DNA of 60,302 nt, counting the filler, from Rhizaria sp. SCN 62-66 (taxonomy: Eukaryota), in the NCBI GenBank assembly GCA_001724265.1. It is 5 parts of 5 records of this genome, joined end to end, with 100 filler letters (N's around TTAATTAATTAA, not from the genome) between each part and the next. Parts side by side here need not be neighbours in the genome. Positions count along the whole stretch, not along the records: positions 1 to 18,837 come from MEDY01000665.1; 4 more parts are not named here. One strand, given 5' to 3'. The translations under genes were made by a program, and so were the position numbers. Positions 1 to 10,600 of this stretch are shown in pieces (position 1 is the stretch's first letter; each line of letters starts with the position of its first letter). The notes beneath the pieces were generated by a model. It saw only the letters and a program-made list of their open reading frames with translations. It searched no databases and was not told the DNA's origin.

Positions 1-581
1 GCCACCTTTATATACCCGCCCCGAAACGACCGTGGGTGGTGTTTGCCCCAGTGTGAGCCTGTGAGACTTGGTGTTTTATGCAGAATGTCGGTTGTGACAG
101 CTGTACATGTGCAAATTTGTGCGTCCTCGTATTGTTTAAAGTTGCACCGGGTTGCCAATACAATAGCTTTCTCTTCGCCCCTGGGGCTGGACAGTTGCTG
201 CTACGTCGTCGTGTACGGTCGCCAGCAAGGCAACTTTTTGCGCATTGAAAAAACAGCCCTTGGAGACCAAAGACGATGTCATTATGGATGAAAATAGTTT
301 TTCCATCGTTGAAACTAGTATAATCAACTCAGATCTCTCTGTTTTTCGCGGATCCTTCGTGCTTCCGAGACGAGACGAGTACCACTCAGCTAAACCACTG
401 CCTCCACAGTCCGCGCCCTGCCCAATCCCACGAATTGCCGCGCTATCCTGTCATATATCAGCAATCGCGTATTATTTTCTTTTTTATTGTCGACTTAGAT
501 CAATTATGCTTTTCCGCTCACACCCTCGACCGACATGTCACTTCCTCTTTGACTCACTTTGCTTCACAGACCACACACAAA

Positions 582-2192
582 ATGCGCTTCTCGCATCTCG
601 TGTGCGCCGCGCTCGTCGCGCTGGCGTCGATGGCCGCCTTCACCACTGCCACCATGACTGACTACACCCCCGAGGCTCTTGCCGACGAGGTTCACGACCT
701 CCCCGGCGCGCCCGCGAACGTGCCCTTCCGCCAGTTCGCCGGCTACATCCCCGTCGACGGCGGGAACCGCCAGATCTTCTACTGGTTCTTCGAGGCCTAC
801 CAGAGCCCCGAGTCCTCGCCCGTGATGTGGTGGACTTCCGGAGGTCCCGGTTGCGCCGGCACCGGTGTCGGCGGCCTCGGCGAGAACGGCCCCTTCGACG
901 TCTCGAAGAACGGCACCCTGTTCCTGCGTCCGTGGGCGTGGAACAAGTTCGCCAACACCGTCTACGTCGACCAGCCCGCCGGCGTGGGCTACTCGATCCT
1001 GGACAAGGAGGGCACTCCCTACGGCGACGCGCTCTCGGCCAAGGAGAACTACGAGTTCCTGGTTAACTTCTTCAAGCGCTTCCCCAACTTCGCGCAGAAC
1101 GAGTTCTACCTCTCGTCCGAGTCCTACGGCGGCCACTACGTGCCGACGCTGGCGAAGGAGATCTCTCTTCACGCCGACTCGCCGCTCAACTTCAAGGGCT
1201 TCGTGGTGGGCAACCCGCTGACGTACATGCCGTACCGCGACTTCGCCGAGGTGCACACGTACGCCACGCACCAGCTCGTGCCGGACCGCATCTGGCGCGA
1301 GTACACGGCCAAGTGCTACCCCGACCCCAAGACGCCTGAGACGAACCCCCCGCAGGCGCGCCACGCCGACTGCGACTCGCTTGAGTCGCGCATGCAGAGC
1401 TACGCGCGCGGCCTTGACCCCTACGCCATCGACTTCCCCGTGTGCACCGGCAACGCGCAGTCGCGGCTCTTCAAGACGGGCTCGTCCAAGCCCGTGATGG
1501 ACCAGAAGTCGATGATGCAGTACCGTCTGCGCCAGGCGCACTCGCTGTACAAGACCAGCATCCTGGGTGACTACTTCCCCGAGAACTACGAGCCCTGCGT
1601 CGAGACGCTTGGCACGGCGTACATGAACCAGCCCGGCGTGCGCCGCGCGCTCCACGTGTCCCCCAAGGCCAACGAGTGGGGCTACTGCGCCAACATCAAC
1701 TACAGCTCGTACGACATGATCACGTCGATGGTGCCCGTGTACCACCACTTGCGCAAGCACTACAGCAACAAGCTTAAGATGCTCATCTTCGCCGGCGACA
1801 ACGACGCCGTGTGCGCGCCCGTCGGCGAGCAGGTCTGGATCTGGGAGCAGGGCTGGCCCGTCAAGAAGGAGTGGGGCGCCTGGAAGATCAACGGTCAGGT
1901 ACGTAGCAATCGTCATATTTTGTTCAACTATCTTATTTCTACTGCATTGGCAATTAAATCAATCTTCTCACTAGTCACTATTAAGACACCACTTCTCTTT
2001 TTCTCAACCTAATATTTTATACTCTGTTTTCTCTCTCCCTCTTCTTTTCTTGCTGCGCAGGTCGGCGGCATGCACGTTAAGTTCGAGGGCCTGGACTTCA
2101 TGACCATCCACGGCGCCGGCCACATGTGCCCCGCCACGCGCCCCGAGCACACCCACACCGCAATTAAGAACTTCATCTTCGGCAAGCTCTAA
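582..2192 (+). CDS. Serine carboxypeptidase, peptidase family S10, secreted/vacuolar; exons 582-1898 and 2061-2192, 482 aa
   Basis: Hydrophobic signal peptide MRFSHLVCAALVALASMAAFTTA; S10 motifs WWTSGGPGCAG, YVDQPAGVGYS, SSESYGGHYVP (catalytic Ser) and GDNDAVC (Asp). Spliced exon 2 (VGGMHVKFEGLDFMTIHGAGHMCPATRP...FGKL-TAA) supplies the catalytic His motif HGAGHM, which the unspliced ORF lacks. Confidence 0.95.
1899..2060 (+). other. Spliceosomal intron (162 nt, phase 0) of the carboxypeptidase gene
   Basis: CAG|GTACGT donor, AT-rich body, CCTAAT branch-like site near 2008, long pyrimidine tract, GCAG| acceptor. Splicing restores the conserved GQV-GG...HGAGHM C-terminus. Confidence 0.93.
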
Positions 2193-2639
2193 GGCAGTTT
2201 AGGCTACATCACGCTAAACCTGCGCTCGTAAGGTAACTGTGACGTCAAGTGAGTACTTAGTTTTGCTTTATTTTAGTATAGTGAAGTTATTTATGTGAAG
2301 CTATGAACCAATATGAGTGTACATGTATGATGTAATACTGAATTAATGTAACATCACATGCACTTGTAAATTGGTGTGGTACAAAGTTTGATTACTTTTA
2401 TGTACTATCCTGATAGCTGTAACACCATCTTACATCGCTTGTTCACTCATATCGCACAAGTAGTATCTTAATACAATCAGAAAAATTTTGTATAATATAA
2501 ACAACTAAATATCGTAAATCGCATGGAAACTAGAAAGCACGCGCACCCACACGATGTTATCGCGCAAACGCAATGTGCTCTTTTGCCTTCTAATAAGCTT
2601 ATCTCTTCAAATGATTCAACTCATCAAACTCATCATAAT

Positions 2640-4613
2640 TTAGAACTGCATGAGCGACTCAATGTTATCGACACCGAGATACAGCTCGTCCTTAAGCTCG
2701 CCGTCGGCGATCAGGTGCGCCAAGCGCCTGTGCAGCGGGTCCAGCACGCTGCGCTTGCGCTGGGCCTCCTTGCGCTCAGTTGCGGTCTGCTTGCTCCGCC
2801 CGGTCTTAGCGCCGCCGCTTCGCGCGCCGCGCATGCCGCGGGGCACCCTATCGTCGTCGTCGTCGCCGTCGTCGTCCGCGGAGCCGTCGCCCGCGCTGTC
2901 GTCGCCGTCGGACGAGTCCCCGGCGCGCTCGTTGCGCTTGGCCAGCGCGCGAACCCAGCCGTCGCTGTCGTTGCCGTCGAGCAGCCCGTCCAGCTCGTCC
3001 TCGGCCGTCGCCGCGCGCCCGCTGCTGCCCACAGCCGCGCCCGCGGCCAGCGCGCGGCGGCGCCGGTCGTCGCGCTTGAGGCTGTGGCGGCACTGCGCTG
3101 ACAGCCGGCCCAGGAACAAGTACTCCTCCAGCGTGAGCCGGAACGGACGTCCATCGAGCACGCCCGCGCCGGCGCCGATCACGCTGCTCGCGCCGTACGC
3201 CTCACCAAAGCCGTACATCGACCCCGTCCCAGCGCCAGCGCCAGCGCTCAGGCTGTTGCTGTAGACGCTGTTGGTGGCGCTGGTCGCCGAGGCCGCGGCG
3301 GCGCGCACGCTGGCCGCGGCGCTGGCCCTGGCACCGGCGCCCGCGACCTGCAGCAGCAGCGGCAGGTGCGCGCTGCCGACGCTCTCCTCAATGTCGAGCG
3401 CGGGCAGGTGCGAGTAGCGCGCCTGCAGCGCCGAGTCGTAGAGCTCCTTGCGCTGGCGCGGTGGGACCCCGCGGCGGCGCAGCGTGGCCGCGACCTCGGT
3501 CCACATCGCCAGCCGCTCGCTGGGGTAGGCCCACAGCACCGAGCGTTGGAACGCGCTGATGAGCGCACGCGCCTCGCACAGCGCGCGCGGCAGTTGCGCT
3601 GTGCGCTCGGCGTTGGCGAGCGCGTCGGTGTCCGCGCCGGCCTCAGCCTCGGCGTCGGCCACCGCGTCATCGTCGTCGTCGCCGCCGTAGCGGTAGCCCT
3701 GCGCCGCGAGTGACCCAGGCACCGTGGCGGCCGACGCAGAGTGCGCTGACGAGACGGCCGTGGCGGCGGCGGCGGCGGCGCGCGCGGCGTCGTCCTCCTC
3801 GGCCTCCTCTTCCTCCTCGTCGTCGTAGCCATCGCCGTCGCCGCCGCCACCGTGCAGGTCCTCCCCGCGCGGCGGCGGCGCCAGGGTCGCGGCCACGGTC
3901 GCCGCGGCCAGCGCCTCGGGCCCGAACCACGCCGACGCGGCGCGCGCGACGCCCAGCCCGGCTCCAGACGCAGACGAAGACGCAGACACAGAAGCATTAC
4001 TGGTTGCAGTGGCTGCGGCTGCGGCGGCGGCTGCGGCGGCAGCCGCGTCGGCCTCAGCGGCGGCCGCGGCGGAGGCGGAGGCGAGGAGGGACATAGTCTG
4101 CAGCTCTGCGCGGGATATGCGCTCCGTGGGCATGCCCAGCAGGCGGCGCAGCGCGTTGGTGTTGGCTCGGTCGTCCACCGGCCCGCGGCCCCCCTGCTGC
4201 CGCGACGCCGCACGCCGAGACGACGAAGAAGAGGGCTTGCGGCGAGACATCGCTGTAGCTGCTGTCGGGGTGGCTGTGGCGCTGTGACTGGGACTGTGGT
4301 GGAATGGCGTGGGCAGCGTGGGGCGGTGGAACTCGCCGGAGCCCGCGACGGCCTCGGTGTGCGAGACGACCGCGGTCACGGTGCGGCCGCGCTTGCCGCC
4401 AAGCCTGCTGGCCGTCACGGTCGTGGTGGTCGTGGTGGTGGTTGTAGTGACCGTGGCGGTGAGCGGGCGGCCCCAGCCGAGGCGGCCGAAGACGACGGCC
4501 TCGGCGAGACGTAGCCGCGTGAGGCTAACCGTGAGCACGACGGGCGACAGCGTGACCGACGACAGCGGCGCCGGCAGCAGACTCGGCGTCACGCTGTACC
4601 CCCCCTGCTGCGG
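2640..4613 (-). CDS. Distal part of the spatacsin (SPG11)-like gene, in the same frame as 4614-18836 and separated from it only by one TAG
   Basis: Segments LRRLLGMPTERISRAELQTM, LWAYPSERLAMWTEVAATLRRRGVPP, LTLEEYLFLGRLSAQC and LHRRLAHLIADGEL resemble, in order, the distal helical region of spatacsin as I recall it from animal and plant sequences. Ends in TAA at 2640-2642. An alternative independent start is ATG 4250 (MSRRK). Confidence 0.65.
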   Translation of the reverse strand, partial: PQQGGYSVTPSLLPAPLSSVTLSPVVLTVSLTRLRLAEAVVFGRLGWGRPLTATVTTTTTTTTTTVTASRLGGKRGRTVTAVVSHTEAVAGSGEFHRPTLPTPFHHSPSHSATATPTAATAMSRRKPSSSSSRRAASRQQGGRGPVDDRANTNALRRLLGMPTERISRAELQTMSLLASASAAAAAEADAAAAAAAAAAAATATSNASVSASSSASGAGLGVARAASAWFGPEALAAATVAATLAPPPRGEDLHGGGGDGDGYDDEEEEEAEEDDAARAAAAAATAVSSAHSASAATVPGSLAAQGYRYGGDDDDDAVADAEAEAGADTDALANAERTAQLPRALCEARALISAFQRSVLWAYPSERLAMWTEVAATLRRRGVPPRQRKELYDSALQARYSHLPALDIEESVGSAHLPLLLQVAGAGARASAAASVRAAAASATSATNSVYSNSLSAGAGAGTGSMYGFGEAYGASSVIGAGAGVLDGRPFRLTLEEYLFLGRLSAQCRHSLKRDDRRRRALAAGAAVGSSGRAATAEDELDGLLDGNDSDGWVRALAKRNERAGDSSDGDDSAGDGSADDDGDDDDDRVPRGMRGARSGGAKTGRSKQTATERKEAQRKRSVLDPLHRRLAHLIADGELKDELYLGVDNIESLMQF

Positions 4614-7600
4614 CTACGACTGAGCACGCAGAGAAACGGCGTGGCGGCAGAGCAGCGCGGCGGGCACGGGCACAGAGTCGGGCGTCTCGCACGCGGCCAC
4701 GGCGTGGCTCAGCGCCTTGAGCGCGCTGATGGGCACCCACGACGCCGCCGCGGCCGCCGCGGCGCTGCTACTGGCCGCCGAAGACGGGTTGTGGATCGAT
4801 AGCAGTGCGGAGGCCGTGGATGATGCCACGCTCGCGGTGCCCGTTGCGGACTCGGCTGCGGCGGACGCGGCTTCAGTCGCGTCGGAAGCCGCGAGAGCAT
4901 TGGCAGCGCCGGTGCCGCTGTTGGCTGCGACACGGTGGGTCGTTGCGAGAGCGGTTGACTTAAGCCCCAGCGCGCGGGCCTGGCCGGCGGGCGCGAGCGC
5001 GGGCAGCAGGGCCACGGGCACGCCCGCCGCGGGCGCGGGCAGCGCACGCAGAGCCAGTGGGTGCGCGCCGGTCGCAGTGGCGGCCGCGCCATTGCCGCTA
5101 CATCCCGGCTCTGGCTTGGTCCTAACGCGGAGCGCGGCATCGACGGCGGCAGGCAGTGCTGGCGCGGCGGCGGCGACGCGCACGGCCGCGGCGGCCGCGG
5201 AGGCCGGCGTATCAAAGGTGAGCTGTGCGAGCAGCGACGAGAGCGCGAACGGCACGCCGCACGCGAGTGCGCGGCCCATGCCGATGCCCAGGCCCAGCGA
5301 CGTCGACAGCGCGCGCGTGCTGCTGCTGGGGCCGCTGCGCTTCGCGGCGACACCGCGCGCGCTGGCCGGGATGAGAGCCCCGACGGCCAACGGGGAGCCT
5401 GCAGCAGCGGGGTGCGCCACAGGAGTTGCGGCGGCGGAAGCGGCGGCGATGCGTGCGTACATGCGGCTGGCGGCGAGCAGCGGGCGGTTGGCATCCGCGC
5501 GCGCGTGCGTGGCCATGGCCATGGAGGCGACGTCGATGGCCGCGGCGGCGAGCTGGTCCGCGAAGCGCTCCCACTGGTCGCGCCGCTGCTGCCGCTGCGA
5601 CCGCGCCAGCACCACCGGGAACAGGTCGAAGCCGTTCGCGGCTGCAGCAGCGGTGGCGGCACTCTTGCGGCTGCGGCCGTGGCTAAGGTTCGCGGGCACG
5701 AACGCATCCGCGGCGGAGTGGCTGGCGGCGCCGAGGCGCGGCGCGGGCAGAGTGGTGGAGCCGGCGACTGGCAGCGCGGCGACGGCGAGCCAGCTCTGCT
5801 GCAGTGATGTGTTGTTCGCCGCCGCAGAGGGCTGCAGCGGGGCCGCAGCCGCGGAGTGCGCGAGCGAGAAGGTGCGCGCGCCGTACACGGCCCAGCGGCG
5901 CTCGCACGTGCGCAGCGAGAGGAAGCCCGTCGACAGCAGCAGGCGCACCACGTTGGCGCGCGCGCGGGCCGCCGTCGCCGTCGCTGACAGGTGCAGCTGC
6001 GACAGCGGGACGGCTGCGCTGTCCGCGGCGGCGGCAGCGGCAGCGCTGGCGGCGAGGTTCGCCGTGGGCGTGGCGCTGCTGCTGTTGTTGAGCAGCGAGC
6101 TGAAGAGCGCGAGCGCGGCGTCGATCAGCACGTGCACGTGCAGCGCGCCCGGCGGGTCCGCGGGCGCCGCGCCCACCAACGGGCTCGGCGCGGGTACAGA
6201 CGCAGACGCAGACGCAGTTTCGCTGGTGCTGTGGAGCGAGGTAAGCGTCTTAAAGAGCGTCTCCGCGCGCGCGGCCTTAGCGCGGCGCGAGGACGGCGGC
6301 GACGCCGACTCAGCAATGCCGTGCGTGAACACAGTCTCGACGTCGCCAGTCACGCTCTTATCGTTGCTGCTGCTGTTGTTGCTGGTGCGAGAAGCGAGGG
6401 CGTAGGTGTAGACGTAGCCCATGCCCTCGACGGCGGCGCCCACAGCGTCGGTCAGCGAGCGCTGTAGCCACGGCAGCGACAGCAGCTGGCGCCTAAACAG
6501 CGCGCGCGCGAGCCGGGACTTGGCCAGCGTCGCGCCGGGCACCGCGGTCTTGCTCGAAGCGTCAGCGCTGGAAGCGGCGGCGGCACGCAGGTCGGCGACG
6601 GCAGTGCTCGCGCCAGCGTTAACTTCAGTGAAAAGCGCGCTGCTGCTGCCGCGCGCGCGGTAGCCGGAGCCCAGAGCGCGCGCCAGCGAAAGCTCGACAG
6701 TCATGCTGCCAGTGTCGTCAGTAGTCTCCACCGTGGACGCATTGCCATTGCCGCTGTTGCTATCGTTAGACGGCGCGGCAGTGGGCGCGGGGCCCATCGC
6801 CATGGTGCCGCCGAGCGCGGCGCTGGCGGCGGCCTCGTCGGCTTCGTCTGCGCCAACGCCCGCGCTCGCCGCTGCGGCCGCCGCGACAGACGCGAGCGGC
6901 ACCGCGCCCAGCGCGGGCGCGGCGTCGGTGCCCGCGACGGGCAGCCCCTCCAGCGCGCGCGAACGCAGCAGCAGCGCAATCGCGTGCGCGACGGCGCCGC
7001 GGCGCGCGAACGGCACGCCCGCGGTCGCCGAGACGGCGGCGGCAGTCGCGGCAGCTGCGGCAGCCGCGGTGGGCGACTGGCCGGCCCTGGCGGCGCCCGC
7101 GGCGGCCGCCGCGGCGGCCTCAGGCGCGGCGGCGAGCACGGCGGTGCGCAGCTTGGTGTGGCGCGCGCCATGCAGGCTCGCGGCGACGCGGCGGCGGCTC
7201 TGTTCGACCTCGGGAGCGTCGGCCGCCAGCGCGTGTTGCGCGCGAAGGGCGCGCGCGCACTGCGCAGTGAAGCGCGTCAGGTGATAGAAGGCGGACCGCG
7301 ACGTCGACAGCACGCCGTTGAAGCCACCGTTACGAGCGACTTCGTGACCGTCGTCGTCGCCGTCGTCGTCGTTGTCGCTGTCGTCGGCGGGGGCGGCGCA
7401 ATGAAGCCCGCGCCAGTCGGCGGCCGCGGCGCCACCAACGTCGCCGCCCGCGCGCGCGTCGCCAGTGGCAAGCGCGGCGGCGGTGCGCGCCAGCGAGCGC
7501 AGCGGCGAGCGCGGGAGAAAGACGCGCGCGGCCGTGGCGAGCAGCGCGGGGTGCCGCAGCAGGTAGTAGTTTACCGAGTCCGTCGTCAGCGTCGTCAGCA

Positions 7601-10600
7601 GCGGCAGCAGCACCGAGTCAGAGAACGCGGGCCCGCTGAACGCGCAGCCAGCGCCCGCACTGGCGCTGGCGCTCGTCATGTTAGACTGGGCGGGCGCGGG
7701 CGCGGTGATGGCCTCGTTGAGCGGCGGCGCAAAGGGCAGAGCGGTGACTGTGGGCGCGGCGGCCAGAGCTTCGGCCAGCGCAGCCCAGCCGTCGCTAGCG
7801 CCGTGAGCATTGTTGCTGCTGGCATTAGTACTCGCGGCCATGGAGGCAGAGAGCGCGCGCAGTGAGTGCAGCGCCTGCGCCCGGGTGAGCCCTGCCGTCG
7901 CCAATACCGCGTCCACGGTCGAAACGGCGGGCGTGACGTTGACGCTGGCGCCGGCCTCCGCGGGCAGCGACACTTCGATGCTGTCGTTGTTGCCGGTCGC
8001 AGCGTCAGCTTCGGCGGCAGCGGCGACGTTGCTGCGGGCGTGCGCGCGCGTAACCGTGGCGGTGACGACGCCGGTGCCGCTGGTGATGCGGTGGCTGCGG
8101 ATGAGCTCCACCAGCAGCAGCGCGTTCACGCGCGCAGTCTGCACGCCCACCGCGCCCCCAGTCGCCGCCGCCGCCGCCTCCACGCCCGCGTTCGCGCGCG
8201 CAGTCGCACTCACGCTCAGGTCGCAGTGCGCGTGTGCGGCGGGCAGGGAGGAGAGGATGCCAGAGGAAGCGATCTGGCCGTGCAGCCACAGCAGCATGCC
8301 CGCGGTCGACGCCGACAGCGACGTCGGCAGCGTCATCGCAAACAAAGGGGCCTTCTTCAGCCCACTGTTGTTGTGGTTAGCGCCCTCACCGCCGGCAGTC
8401 GCGGTGGCGCTGGCGGCGGCGAGCGCGAGCGCGGAGGCCTGCGTGACGAGCGCGGGCGCGCGCGGGTGGAGCGCCATCAGCAGCGTCAGACACTGCGGGT
8501 CGCCGCTGGCTACGGTCAGCGAACCACCCAGCCCGCGCTCGGCGTCGGCCGCCACGGTGCGGCTACCGTGCGCGGCGTGCGCCGAGTCCTGCGTGGCGTC
8601 GGCGACCGAGGCGGCGGCGGCGCGCACCAGAGCGGGCGCCACTGGCGGCGGCTGCGACAGCCACAACGGGCCCAGCACCGACGGCGCGGCCGCCGCAAGG
8701 GCCGTGGCCGCGGACAGGGAGGCTTGGGCCGCAGTTGCGGACTTGCCGCCCTTGCCGTGGTGCTTGCCCCTCGGGCCAACAGTGGAGGAGACCTCAGGCA
8801 TAATGCGGTCGCCACCGTTTGTGATCGTACCGGTCGATGCCGCCACAGAGTCGTGGGCGACGTCACCGTCGCTGCTCGCGCTGCTCGCGGTGCCGAGCGT
8901 GGCCGTGACCGCGGGGGCGGTGGCGAGCGCGTAGAGCGCGCGCAGCTCGGCGGCGGCCGCGTGCAGCGTAGGCGCCTCGGCGACGCGCCGCAGCGCCCTC
9001 AGCAGCGTCAGCGCCGCGGCGCCGCCGGTGCCCGCGGTCATCGACTCCGCCACACTGCTCGGCAGCATAGCGCTCACACTCGCGCTGGCGCTAGAGCAAG
9101 CGCTGCCGTTGCCGTTGCCGTTGCCGTTGCTGTCGCGGAGGGCGACGTGCGGGACGGGGATGTGGCACGACGCGGGCGTGGGCGCCGCGGGCGGGACGAA
9201 GGCCAGCGGCGACAGCGTCAGCGCGGCCGACGTGTACGCAGCCGTCGCCTCCATCGCGCTCAGCCGCAGCTGGGCAGCACTCGGCGCGCTCTGCAACGAT
9301 GACAGCGACGACGAGGACGACAGCGAAGCGAGGCGGGCGGCCTCGAGCGCGCGCGCGGCGCAGCGCGGCGGAGCCTGGCGCAGCAGCAGCGCGAGGGCCA
9401 CCACGCTCTGGTGCAGGCGCGCGCGCCAGCGGGCGGCGGAGACGGCAAGCTGGGCGGCGCTCGCAGTGCGCGCGCGGGAGGAAACCGCCGCCGCCGCCGC
9501 GCCACTGCTGCTGCCAGAGCTCTTGCCGCTGATGTTGTTGTTGTTAAGACGCGTGGTAAGCAGACGACCGCCGGCGCGGGGGCGGAACGCGGTCACGGGC
9601 GCCCAAGGCAGCTCGACACCCGTGGCGGCGACCGCGACGCGCCCCGCGGCCTCGGCGGCGGCCTCACTCGCGGCCTCGGCGGCCTCAGCGGCGGCGGTGG
9701 CAGTCGTGGCGGTCGCGGCGGCGATCTCAGAGGGTGTGGGGAGCCCCGCGAGCTTGAGCAGGCGCATCGCGTCCCAGGCGCTCAGCCCGCCCACGCCCTC
9801 AAACGCCGCCGCCTCGCACTGCGGCAGCCCCGCGGCAGACGCAACAGACGCGGCAGAAGCAGCAGAAGCGGCAGCGGGAGCGTTAGCGTGCAAGCGGGAG
9901 TGCGCGCGCGCGGCCGCGGCCGCGGCGGCGGCGGCGGCGACGACGGCGGGATGGTGGCACGAGCGGCAGCGGCCGCAGCGGCGGGCGCCCGCGGAGTTCA
10001 GGGCCGCAGTGAGCGCAGCCAGCCCGTCGGCGGAGCCCGCCTTGGCAAGCAGCTCGAGCGCGCGGCCACGGGCAGTGCTCTCGTCGTCGTTGCTGTGCCT
10101 GACATCGGCGCTGCTCGTCGTGATGCGCGTGATAAACTCGTCGAAGAACGCCGTCGCGGCGGCGTAGACGTCGAGAACGCGCGATACGAGCGCGCGGGGG
10201 GGCACGCGCAACAGCCGCACGCTCCCGCCGGCGGGGCTCGCACTGGCGCTGGCGCTGGCGCTGGCGCTCGTCGCGGCGGCAGCGGCGGCAGCGCTGGAGT
10301 TACCGCCCTTGAGAGAGATGGGCAGTGCGGCTGCGAGAGCGGGGTCTAAGTACCCGACTAAGGGGCTGAACAGGTGCGCCATCGCAGCAGACACGGGCAG
10401 CGTCCCCACAGTGGCAGCATCTGATGTCCCCGTATGCGACGAAGTGACCGTGAGCAGGAGCAGGTACAGGTACACCCTGTGCACAGCGGCCGTGAACGTG
10501 TCCAGTACAGTCAAAGCGCGCGCCGCAGCCGCTTCCTCACGAGCCGTGCTCCTGCGGCGACTGCTGCTGAAGCTCTCGCTCTTGCGTTCGTCGGCAACAC

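Noticed and set aside
435-581. N-terminal extension of the carboxypeptidase ORF and its unspliced tail to 2012
   Set aside because: AT-rich non-coding composition. The signal peptide begins at ATG 582 and the tail is intron sequence.
4614-4637. 24-nt GTTTCT...GTAG micro-intron that would remove the in-frame TAG
   Set aside because: Formally possible, but all supported introns here are 102-314 nt and AT-rich with pyrimidine tracts, and this one has none of these features. Kept only as an alternative to test.
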